DNA of 33,585 nucleotides, from NCBI GenBank assembly GCA_002405555.1, contig DHMA01000006.1:1-33585 (forward strand). Direction: 5' to 3'. This stretch comes from Opitutia bacterium UBA4654 (GTDB lineage: Bacteria > Verrucomicrobiota > Verrucomicrobiia > Opitutales > Intestinicryptomonadaceae). This document shows, one piece after another, positions 11,198 to 18,639 of this stretch. Under the pieces are notes generated by a model. That model did no database searches, was not told where the DNA came from, and saw nothing but the letters and a program-made list of their open reading frames with translations. A program made the translations under genes and the position numbers. The first letter of the stretch is position 1. Each line of letters begins with the position of its first letter.

Positions 11198-11671
11198 ATG
11201 AAAAAAATACTCCTTCTTTCGTTTGCAGCAGCACTTCTCTCGGCATGCTCCACAATGACGTTCACGGAAGACGTCACGGTAGACAGCATTCCGTCGGGCG
11301 CAAACGTGTTCGTCAACGGCGAACTCGCAGGACAAACCCCCACAGTCCTCTCGCTCGACACAAAAAGCGTATACGAAATCAAGCTTGTCAAGGAAGGCTA
11401 TAAAGACCAGACGGTCAGCCTTGCTTCGGTTCGCGCAAATCCCCTCGTAAAGTTCGGCCCGCTGGTTGACATGGGATACTACAAGGAATTGACGCCCGCT
11501 CCCGTAAACCAGTCGCTCAAACCCGCGTTCCTCCCCGCGACGAAAGGCATAAAGCCCTTCGAAGACATGACGAGCGCGATTATGAAGGCAGACCAGCTGA
11601 GAAAAGACGGCAAGATTTCGCGCGACGAGCACAGCTACATGCTCCTGCAAATCACCGAATTCTACAAATAA
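11198..11671 (+). CDS. PEGA-domain lipoprotein with SHOCT-like C-terminus
   Basis: Lipobox LSAC after MKKILLL. PEGA pattern SIPSGANVFVNG..GQTP..IKLVKEGY. C-terminal LRKDGKISRDE. Confidence 0.8.
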   Translation: MKKILLLSFAAALLSACSTMTFTEDVTVDSIPSGANVFVNGELAGQTPTVLSLDTKSVYEIKLVKEGYKDQTVSLASVRANPLVKFGPLVDMGYYKELTPAPVNQSLKPAFLPATKGIKPFEDMTSAIMKADQLRKDGKISRDEHSYMLLQITEFYK

Positions 11672-11694
11672 TAGAAAACGCAAATTTTCGAAAA

Positions 11695-11726
11695 GAGACG
11701 GACACCGCAAGGCGTCCGTTTTTTTT
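11695..11726 (+). terminator. Intrinsic terminator after the PEGA gene
   Basis: GACGGAC-a-CC-gcaa-GG-c-GTCCGTT, ending in a run of 8 T. Confidence 0.8.
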
Positions 11727-12010
11727 GCGCCCAATAAAAACGCGGAATGCGCAAGCAATCTCCACGCTATTGCACACAAACCGCCCGCATTGCCCGCGCA
11801 CACGGCGCACCCGCCAGAGCGAGACGCAAAGCTCTCCGATAGAAAACGCCGCAATGCCGATTTTCCGACGGCAAGCTTGCGCACGCCAGAGCCGCCCCGA
11901 ACGGCGGAGCAAACCCGCCGTTTGCATGGGAAAAACCCACGAAAGGACAAGCCCGCAAAACGAACTGCAAACCACCGCTTTTGCGCGCTCCCGCCGCAAA
12001 TAAATATGTC

Positions 12011-12039
12011 TTGCAAAAAATCGGCGGGCAACAGACAAT
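12011..12039 (+). promoter_or_regulatory. Putative promoter with leaderless geometry
   Basis: TTGCAA-N17-GACAAT, with the ATG 6 nt downstream and no SD. Confidence 0.55.
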
Positions 12040-12045
12040 GACAAA

Positions 12046-12333
12046 ATGAAACGTTTTCTACTTATACTTGCCATGCTCCCCGCTTTCGCATTTTGCGCGG
12101 ACGCGGCGGCAATGAAAAAAGGAAGCAAATTCGACCTCGAAGCCGCCCAGAAAAACATGGCGACTTTTGCAAAATCGTTCGTAGCCTCCGACGCAACGAA
12201 ACTCGACGAACAAATTGCAATGTACGCGCTCGAAAACAAGCTCGAAATAAAGAGCGCGTCCCTTGCCGTTTCCGTACAGCGCGAGCAAAACTACACCGAA
12301 TACTTCGCGCTCGTGGTTTTCAAGCGCAACTAA
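12046..12333 (+). CDS. Small secreted hypothetical protein (95 aa)
   Basis: Signal peptide MKRFLLILAMLPAFAFCA, host-like codon usage, and flanking promoter and terminator. Confidence 0.75.
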   Translation: MKRFLLILAMLPAFAFCADAAAMKKGSKFDLEAAQKNMATFAKSFVASDATKLDEQIAMYALENKLEIKSASLAVSVQREQNYTEYFALVVFKRN

Positions 12334-12353
12334 AATTCCCCGCCCCACCCCGT

Positions 12354-12388
12354 AAAAAAAACCGCGAGTCTTACGACGCGCGGTTTTT
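12354..12388. terminator. Bidirectional terminator
   Basis: A8-CCGCG-a-GTC-ttac-GAC-g-CGCGG-T5 between convergent genes. Confidence 0.8.
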
Positions 12389-12408
12389 GCGTTTAAGGCG
12401 CGGAGATT

Positions 12409-13344
12409 CTACGAGTCCAAGCCGATGTCAATCCAGCGTCCCGAATGCACGGGCGCGGCGGTCGAAACGAAGTCGGGACCTATGCGGGCAATCGCGCCGA
12501 TGTTGTCGAGCTTGACGCCCCCCGAAGCCTCCGTCCAAGCCTTGTCGCCAATCATGTCGACGGCGGTTTTGAGGTCGGCGTACGAGAAGTTGTCGAGCAT
12601 GATTACGTCGGCGTCGGCGTCGAGAACGGGCTGGATCTGCAAAAGCGAATCAACCTCCACTTCGACCGCGACGTCGGGATTTTCGTCTTTGGCAAGCCTT
12701 ACGGCGTTCGCGAGCATGTCGCCCGTGACGGCGTGGGCGGCGACAAGGTGGTTGTCTTTGAGCATTACGCGGTCGAACAGCCCTATTCTGTGGTTGAAGC
12801 CGCCGCCGCAGGCGAACGCGTATTTTTCGAGAACGCGCAGGCAGGGCGTCGTCTTGCGGGTGTCGAGCAGGCGCGTCTTGGAGTCTCCCAAAGCCTTGAC
12901 GTACTCCGCGGTGACCGTCGCCACGCCCGAAAGCCTCTGAATGAAATTGAGCATTATGCGCTCAGCCTGCAAAATAATGCGGGCAGACCCCGAAATTTCC
13001 CCGATTTGCCCGCCCTTTTCAACGCGGTCGCCGTCGGAAACAAAGGGCGTGAAAGCGCACGTTTCGCCGTCCACGGTGGATTCGTAGACTTTGAGGATAA
13101 TCGGAATGAGGTTGATTCCGCACATAATCATTTCGCGTCGGGCAACGAGAAACGACTTGATTTCGGAGCGCGGCGTAATTGTCGCCGTCGTGATGTCGGC
13201 ACAGCGGGCGGGCTTTACTTTCAGCCCCGCGCCTTCGATGTCCTCGGCGCGAGCCGTGCGGACGAGATTTTCGAGATATTTTTCGTCGAGGTCGCCCCAA
13301 GCGAGGCGGCGGACGAGGTGTGATTTAAATTTTTCGCTTTTCAT
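12409..13344 (-). CDS. nadC: Nicotinate-nucleotide pyrophosphorylase (quinolinate phosphoribosyltransferase)
   Basis: Motifs AERIMLN, DTRKTTP, NHRIGLFD, LKDNH, EVEVD, IMLDNF and EASGG. Confidence 0.96.
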   Translation of the reverse strand: MKSEKFKSHLVRRLAWGDLDEKYLENLVRTARAEDIEGAGLKVKPARCADITTATITPRSEIKSFLVARREMIMCGINLIPIILKVYESTVDGETCAFTPFVSDGDRVEKGGQIGEISGSARIILQAERIMLNFIQRLSGVATVTAEYVKALGDSKTRLLDTRKTTPCLRVLEKYAFACGGGFNHRIGLFDRVMLKDNHLVAAHAVTGDMLANAVRLAKDENPDVAVEVEVDSLLQIQPVLDADADVIMLDNFSYADLKTAVDMIGDKAWTEASGGVKLDNIGAIARIGPDFVSTAAPVHSGRWIDIGLDS

Positions 13345-13345
13345 T

Positions 13346-14107
13346 TTAGATAAAAAATTCCCTGTTTGCCGCCGCGCGAATCGAAATGCAGAAAGGCTTT
13401 TCGGGTATGCCCTGCGGGACTACTTCGTACGCCGCGCCGACCGATTCCATCAGCGAAAGCCCGCCCGCGACGTCCCACAAATACAGACGCTCTTCGTGGT
13501 AGGAGTCCGCGCGTCCCGACGCCACCCACGCCATTGCGCACGCCGCGCTGCCGCACATTCTGACTTTCTTGAACTTCTGCGCCGCCATGACGAAGCGTTT
13601 GAGGTTGTCGTCGGAGTAGTCCGTCGCGCTCGGAAAGCCCGTCATGAGGACGCCCTGCGCAACGCTCTTCGCCCATTTCGGCGAGATCTTTTCGCCGTTT
13701 ACCGTAAGAGGGAAGCCCTTGCCGCCCAAAAAAAGCTCGTTGCGGGTGAAGTCGTAAATCGCGCCGACCACGGGAGTAAGCCCCGACATCAACCCGATGC
13801 TCACGCACACCCCCGGGATTCCGCGCAAAAAGTTGTAGGTGCCGTCGATTGGGTCGACAACCCAGTACAATTCTCCCGAAGAGAGCAGAGAGGCGTCGCC
13901 GCCCTTTTCCTCGCCCACGACGCGCACGCCGGTAGCCGCGAGCTTTTCGCGGATAAACAGTTCGCTCTCGACGTCCTCTTGGAGTTTTACGTCGTTGCCT
14001 GCGTCCGAATTGACGCGGCGTTCGGAAATTTTTTTGAGTCTGTCGCCCGCCGCCTGCGCGACTTCGCGTACAATACCGTAATACAGTTCGGAATCTTTTT
14101 TATCCAT
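13346..14107 (-). CDS. Inositol monophosphatase family phosphatase
   Basis: Motifs GEE, WVVDPIDGTYNF, RMCGSAA, VASGRAD and WDVAGG. Confidence 0.9.
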   Translation of the reverse strand: MDKKDSELYYGIVREVAQAAGDRLKKISERRVNSDAGNDVKLQEDVESELFIREKLAATGVRVVGEEKGGDASLLSSGELYWVVDPIDGTYNFLRGIPGVCVSIGLMSGLTPVVGAIYDFTRNELFLGGKGFPLTVNGEKISPKWAKSVAQGVLMTGFPSATDYSDDNLKRFVMAAQKFKKVRMCGSAACAMAWVASGRADSYHEERLYLWDVAGGLSLMESVGAAYEVVPQGIPEKPFCISIRAAANREFFI

Positions 14108-14113
14108 GCGGGC

Positions 14114-14143
14114 ATTATCGTAAAAATCGGGACGCGTTTACAA
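14114..14143 (-). promoter_or_regulatory. Putative promoter of IMPase-nadC with leaderless geometry
   Basis: TTGTAA-N18-GATAAT-N6-ATG on the minus strand, with no SD. Confidence 0.6.
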
Positions 14144-14184
14144 GTTTATTTTGGGGCGCGGGCGGCGGAAGACTGCGTATTTTC

Positions 14185-14213
14185 TTGCAAGTTGCGGTTT
14201 TTTTTTAGAGATT
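14185..14213 (+). promoter_or_regulatory. Putative promoter of the prfA operon with leaderless geometry
   Basis: TTGCAA-N17-GAGATT-N6-ATG. Confidence 0.5.
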
Positions 14214-14219
14214 CGGACA

Positions 14220-15299
14220 ATGGAAGGCATACCACCAATCAAACCTTTTCTCGACAGGCTCGCCGATTTGGACAAAAAAATGGCGGAGCCGGATTTCTAT
14301 AACGACCAACGCGCCGCAAGCGCGGTCTCGCGAGAACACCAGCAACTTTCCAAACTGAAAGACCTCTACGAACAGCTCGAAAAGGAGCGCGAACAAATAG
14401 AGGAGAACAAAAAAATCATAGAGGAAAACGCCGACCCCGAATTTGTCGAGCTTGCGCGGGAGGACATCGCCGAACTTGAAGCGAAATTCGAACCCGCGAA
14501 AAACGAAATCCTCAAAATGATGATTCCCGCCGACCCCACAGACTCGCGCAACACGGTCGTGGAAATCCGCGCGGGCACGGGCGGAGACGAGGCGTCGCTG
14601 TTCGCCGCCGACCTTTACAGAATGTACTGCCGCTATGCCGACTCGCGCGGCTGGAAGGTCGAAAACCTAAGCTCCAGCGAATCGCCCGCGGGCGGCTTCA
14701 AGGAAATCTGCTTCCTGCTTTCGGGAACGGACGTCTACCGCTCGATGAAATACGAATGCGGAACGCACCGCGTACAGCGCGTGCCCGTGACGGAGGCGGC
14801 GGGCAGAATCCACACGTCGGCGGCGACGGTCGCGGTTCTCCCCGAAGCGGAGGAAGTGGACATTCACATAGACCCCAACGACATCGAAATTTCAATCGCG
14901 CGGGCAAGCGGCCCCGGCGGGCAGGGCGTCAACACGACGGACTCGGCGGTGCAGATTCTCCACAAGCCCACGGGCATGATTGTAAAATGCGCCGACGAAC
15001 GCTCGCAGCTCAAAAACAAGACAAAGGCGCTCAAAGTTCTGCGCTCGCGCCTGCTCGAAATGAAACAGCAGGAAGAGCACGACAAATACGCCGCAAACCG
15101 CCGCGAACAAATCGGATCGGGCGACCGCTCGGAGCGCATCAGAACCTACAACTACCCGCAGAGCCGCATTACCGACCACCGAATCGGCATGACAATCCAC
15201 TCCCTGCCGCAGTTCATGGACGGCGACATAGACGAAATGGTCCGCGCCCTCGAAGAGGCGGACTACGTCCAAAAAGTCAAGGCTCTGACGGAAAAATAA
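14220..15299 (+). CDS. prfA: Peptide chain release factor 1
   Basis: Motifs EIRAGTGGDEA, HRVQRVPVTE (RF1-specific PxT), GPGGQGVN and RIRTYNYPQ. Start set at ATG 14220. Confidence 0.97.
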   Translation: MEGIPPIKPFLDRLADLDKKMAEPDFYNDQRAASAVSREHQQLSKLKDLYEQLEKEREQIEENKKIIEENADPEFVELAREDIAELEAKFEPAKNEILKMMIPADPTDSRNTVVEIRAGTGGDEASLFAADLYRMYCRYADSRGWKVENLSSSESPAGGFKEICFLLSGTDVYRSMKYECGTHRVQRVPVTEAAGRIHTSAATVAVLPEAEEVDIHIDPNDIEISIARASGPGGQGVNTTDSAVQILHKPTGMIVKCADERSQLKNKTKALKVLRSRLLEMKQQEEHDKYAANRREQIGSGDRSERIRTYNYPQSRITDHRIGMTIHSLPQFMDGDIDEMVRALEEADYVQKVKALTEK

Positions 15300-15302
15300 G
15301 AC

Positions 15303-16148
15303 GTGCAAAGCGTTCTCGAAATTCTGCAAAAATGCGCGGGATACTTCGCCGCAAAAGGTATCGAGACGCCCAAGCTCGACGCCGAACTTCTCCTTGCGCA
15401 CGCGCTCGGCTGCAAGCGGCTCGAACTGTTTCTGCGCTTCGAAGAGCCGCTCCCCGAAGCCAAGCTTGCGCCGTTCCGCGAAATGGCGAAACGCCGCGCA
15501 AGGCGCGAGCCGCTGCAACACATAATAGGCTCGGTCGATTTCTTCGGGCTGACGCTTAAATGCGACGCCCGCGCCCTTGTGCCGCGCCACGAAACCGAAA
15601 CGCTCTGCGAAATCGCGGTCGAAAAGCTCTTCACAGACAGCTCCGCGAAGCTCGAAATTCTCGACCTCGGAACGGGGTCGGGCGCAATCGCGCTGGCGAT
15701 GGCGTCGGCGTATCCGAACGCGTCGGTCGACGCGGCGGAAATTTCCGACGCCGCAATTTCGCTCGCGGCGGAAAACGCGGAATCGCTCAAACTAAAAATA
15801 AACATCGTAAAATCGGACTGGTTCGAAAATATCAAAAAATCGTACAATCTGATTTTGGCGAACCCGCCCTACCTCGACGAATCCGAAGTGCGCGAAGCCC
15901 AGCCCGAAGTGCGCGACTACGACCCGCCCTCCGCGCTGTCGTCGCCCGACGGCGGACTGCGCGACCTGAGGAAAATCCTGTCCGAAGCGCGGGAACGCCT
16001 GCTCGACGGCGGATTCATCGCGTGCGAATGCGGGCTTGGACAGCCGCAAATCCTCGCGCGGGAGGCCGTCGAAAAATTCGGCTTTTCGGAAGCCCGCGCC
16101 CTCCCCGACCTCTCCAAGCGCGAAAGATTTTTAATCTGCAAAAAATAA
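15303..16148 (+). CDS. prmC: Release factor glutamine methyltransferase
   Basis: Motifs EPLQHIIG, LVPRHETE, LDLGTGSGAIA and NPPY. GTG start 3 nt after prfA. Confidence 0.95.
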   Translation: MQSVLEILQKCAGYFAAKGIETPKLDAELLLAHALGCKRLELFLRFEEPLPEAKLAPFREMAKRRARREPLQHIIGSVDFFGLTLKCDARALVPRHETETLCEIAVEKLFTDSSAKLEILDLGTGSGAIALAMASAYPNASVDAAEISDAAISLAAENAESLKLKINIVKSDWFENIKKSYNLILANPPYLDESEVREAQPEVRDYDPPSALSSPDGGLRDLRKILSEARERLLDGGFIACECGLGQPQILAREAVEKFGFSEARALPDLSKRERFLICKK

Positions 16149-16149
16149 A

Positions 16150-16614
16150 ATGATAAAAGACAATATCCGCAATCTGTCGCTCTACGAAAACGCCCACCCC
16201 GAATTCAAAAGAGCCTTCAAAATCATTCTCGACACGCCCGCCGACCAGCCCGACGGCGCGACGGAATTCGACGGCATAAAGCGCATGGTGCAGTCGTACA
16301 CAACCCGCGCGGCGGCGGAAAAGCGCATGGAGGCGCACGAAAAATACATCGACATTCAGTACGTCGCAGAGGGCGAGGAAAAATTCTTCTTCGCCGACAA
16401 AAAAATCTTCAAAATCACCGACCCCTACAACGCCGAAAAGGACGTCGAATTCTACGACAGCGCGGATTTCGAGAAGTCGGAATCGGCGGAGGCGTCGGTC
16501 TTGAAGGCGGGCGAATTTGCGGTGTTCTTCCCCGACGACGCCCACAAGCCCAGCCTGCACACCGACAAACAGCACGCGGTGAAAAAAATCCTGCTGAAAA
16601 TCCCCCTCAAATAA
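16150..16614 (+). CDS. YhcH/YjgK/YiaL (NanQ/TabA) family protein
   Basis: Motifs EAHEKYIDIQY, YNAEKDVEFY and GEFAVFFPDDAHKP. Confidence 0.9.
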   Translation: MIKDNIRNLSLYENAHPEFKRAFKIILDTPADQPDGATEFDGIKRMVQSYTTRAAAEKRMEAHEKYIDIQYVAEGEEKFFFADKKIFKITDPYNAEKDVEFYDSADFEKSESAEASVLKAGEFAVFFPDDAHKPSLHTDKQHAVKKILLKIPLK

Positions 16615-16670
16615 AAAAAGGCTTGCATTGGGCGCGAGCGTGCGTTTAAATGCAAAACTTTAATTTATTC

Positions 16671-16741
16671 GGCGTGGTAGCCAAGTGGTAAGGCAAGGCT
16701 CTGCAAAAGCTTCATCATCGGTTCGATTCCGATCCACGCCT
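16671..16741 (+). tRNA. tRNA-Cys(GCA); CCA not encoded
   Basis: Acceptor stem GGCGTGG/CCACGCC; D-arm GCC..GGC with A13-A22; anticodon arm AGGCT-CTGCAAA-AGCTT; T-arm ATCGG-TTCGATT-CCGAT; U73 discriminator. Confidence 0.97.
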
Positions 16742-16748
16742 TTTTTTT

Positions 16749-16779
16749 GCCGAACGCAGCAAGCGGTCGGCTTTTTTTT
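16749..16779 (+). terminator. Intrinsic terminator after tRNA-Cys
   Basis: GCCGA-a-CGC-agcaa-GCG-g-TCGGC followed by T8. Confidence 0.8.
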
Positions 16780-17047
16780 GTGCTTGGGCAAATCGGGAAA
16801 GCCGACGCGCCCCCTGCCGCATTTTTGCGTGTTTGCCGAACGCTCCGCAAACCGCGGCGAAGCGCGGTTCAAGACGGGCGCGGGTAAAACACGCGGCGAC
16901 GCGTAGGCGCGTCGGGACAAAATGCGGACGCGGGCAAAAACCCGCGCTTTGAATTTCGCGCAAAAACGGAATTTTCAGGAAAGCGAAAACGCCCGCGTTT
17001 AACCGCAAAACATTCGCCGCCTATTTCGAAAAAAACGCCCGCAAAGC

Positions 17048-17079
17048 AAAAACGCCCGCCGAGAAAGAATCGGCGGGCG
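17048..17079 (-). terminator. Intrinsic terminator of the efflux operon
   Basis: 10-bp stem CGCCCGCCGA/TCGGCGGGCG followed by T5 on the minus strand. Confidence 0.8.
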
Positions 17080-17151
17080 GGGTCTAAAATTCAAACTTTG
17101 CGATGCGGAGGGAAAGGCGAATCCGAAAGAGAGAATCCGCGCGGCAGGGTT

Positions 17152-18639
17152 CTATTGCGTGTTCGCGGAATCGGCAGTCTCGCCGTCGCCGAAAGCCTCC
17201 TTAAAGAAGAGCCACTGTGAGTCCTCCTCCGTGTCCTGCAAGTCGGACTCGCTCCAACCGCCGCCGAGCGCGGCGTAAAGCGAGACGATGTTCGAGACGA
17301 ACTGCCGCCTGCTCGAAACCTGACTCTGCTCCGAAGACAGCATGGAACGCTGGGTGTCGAGCAAATCGAGGAATTCGATTTCGCCCTCAGAATAGAGTTT
17401 GGACGACAGCTCGAACGCCTTTTTGTTGCTCTCCACAAGCTTGTTTATGTGGGCGATTCTCTCGCGCTGTTTCTGCGCCGAAACGATTGCGTCCTCCACC
17501 TCTTTCAACGCCGTGAGCACCGCCGAATTCCACGAGACGCCCGCAGCCTCCGCGACCGCCTTTTGGAGTTTCACGTTGAAATACGTCTTGCCCGCCTGAA
17601 AGAGATTCCAGCTTGCGCTCGGCCCCGCCGACCAAGTACCGTACTGGTTTTGCACGAGCTTTCCGACGTCGGGCGCCTGATAGGAAATCTGCCCCGTTAT
17701 GAAAAATTTGGGGTAGAAGTCCGACTTTGCGTTGCCGATTTTTGCGACCGCCGCGTGCAGTTTGTTTTCCGCCGAAAGAATGTCGGGACGGCGGCGGACG
17801 AGCTTTGCGGGAACGCCCGTCGGCACAAAGCTTTCCAAAATCGGAAGCTCGCGCGGGGCTTCAAGCTCCTTTTCGAGCGAGCCTGCGGGCAGAGCCAGAA
17901 GCAGTTCGAGCGCGTGGCGGGCGAGCAGCATTTGGCTTTCGAGCTGCGGAATCTGCGCGGACGTGCTGTCGAGCTGCGCGGCGGCGCGCACGACGTCCAA
18001 ATCGGATACAAAACCGTTGGACTTGCGTTTAACGGTTATATTGTATGTTTTGCGCTGGGCTTCGAGATTCCGCTTGGTAATAATCAGCTCCTGCTGATAG
18101 CCTCTGTACAGAAAATAATTTTTTGCGACCTCCGCCGCGACCGAAATCTTCGTCGCGCATTTGTCGGCGAGAGCCGCCTTGTAGTCGGACACCGCCGCCT
18201 CTATGCCGCGCCGCGTGCCGCCGAAAATATCGACCTCCCACGCCGCGTCCGCGCCCCACGAAAACGAGTGGTTCGACGCCGAAAACCTCCCCGCCTGCTT
18301 GAAGCCCGCGTCGGCGTCGAGCGACGGGAAGAATCCGCTTTGCGTGATGCCGAGCGTTGCGCGGGCCTGCTTGATTTTCGCGACCGCCGTAGCCAAATCG
18401 AAATTCTTTTCAAACGCGCGGCGCACAAGCGACGACAGCGTTTCGTCGCCGAAGACGCCCCACCATTCGGCAAGCTCGGCGTCGGTCGGCTCGCGCAAAG
18501 CCGCGACGTTTTTGCCGTCGGAGGAGTATTTTTCGGGAAGCGCGTCGGCTTTCGGTTTTTCGAAGTCGGGGCCGACCATGCAGCCGCACAGCGCGGCGCA
18601 CGCGAAAGCCGTTATTATTTTCTGATAAATTCTATTCAT
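17152..18639 (-). CDS. TolC/NodT/OprM-family outer-membrane efflux lipoprotein
   Basis: Lipobox LCGC-MVGPDF, motifs WWGVFGD, WEVDIFGG, RRPDI and LYAALGGGW. The start MNRIY overlaps the permease stop. Confidence 0.93.
   Translation of the reverse strand: MNRIYQKIITAFACAALCGCMVGPDFEKPKADALPEKYSSDGKNVAALREPTDAELAEWWGVFGDETLSSLVRRAFEKNFDLATAVAKIKQARATLGITQSGFFPSLDADAGFKQAGRFSASNHSFSWGADAAWEVDIFGGTRRGIEAAVSDYKAALADKCATKISVAAEVAKNYFLYRGYQQELIITKRNLEAQRKTYNITVKRKSNGFVSDLDVVRAAAQLDSTSAQIPQLESQMLLARHALELLLALPAGSLEKELEAPRELPILESFVPTGVPAKLVRRRPDILSAENKLHAAVAKIGNAKSDFYPKFFITGQISYQAPDVGKLVQNQYGTWSAGPSASWNLFQAGKTYFNVKLQKAVAEAAGVSWNSAVLTALKEVEDAIVSAQKQRERIAHINKLVESNKKAFELSSKLYSEGEIEFLDLLDTQRSMLSSEQSQVSSRRQFVSNIVSLYAALGGGWSESDLQDTEEDSQWLFFKEAFGDGETADSANTQ

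Noticed and set aside
11727..12010. CRISPR array or small CDSs (11725-12003, 11790-12041)
   Set aside because: Only one short near-duplicate and no regular repeat-spacer period. The ORFs lack RBS, motifs and typical codon usage.
14220..15299. RF2-type programmed frameshift
   Set aside because: The ORF is continuous and carries the RF1-specific PVT motif.
16623..16652. tRNA-Cys promoter (TTGCAT-N17-TTAAAT), and similar TTGCAA boxes upstream of rhaA (8881-8886), pyrG (6282-6287) and the GH lipoprotein (22429-22434)
   Set aside because: The -35 boxes are plausible, but there is no correctly spaced nAnnnT -10, so they were not called.
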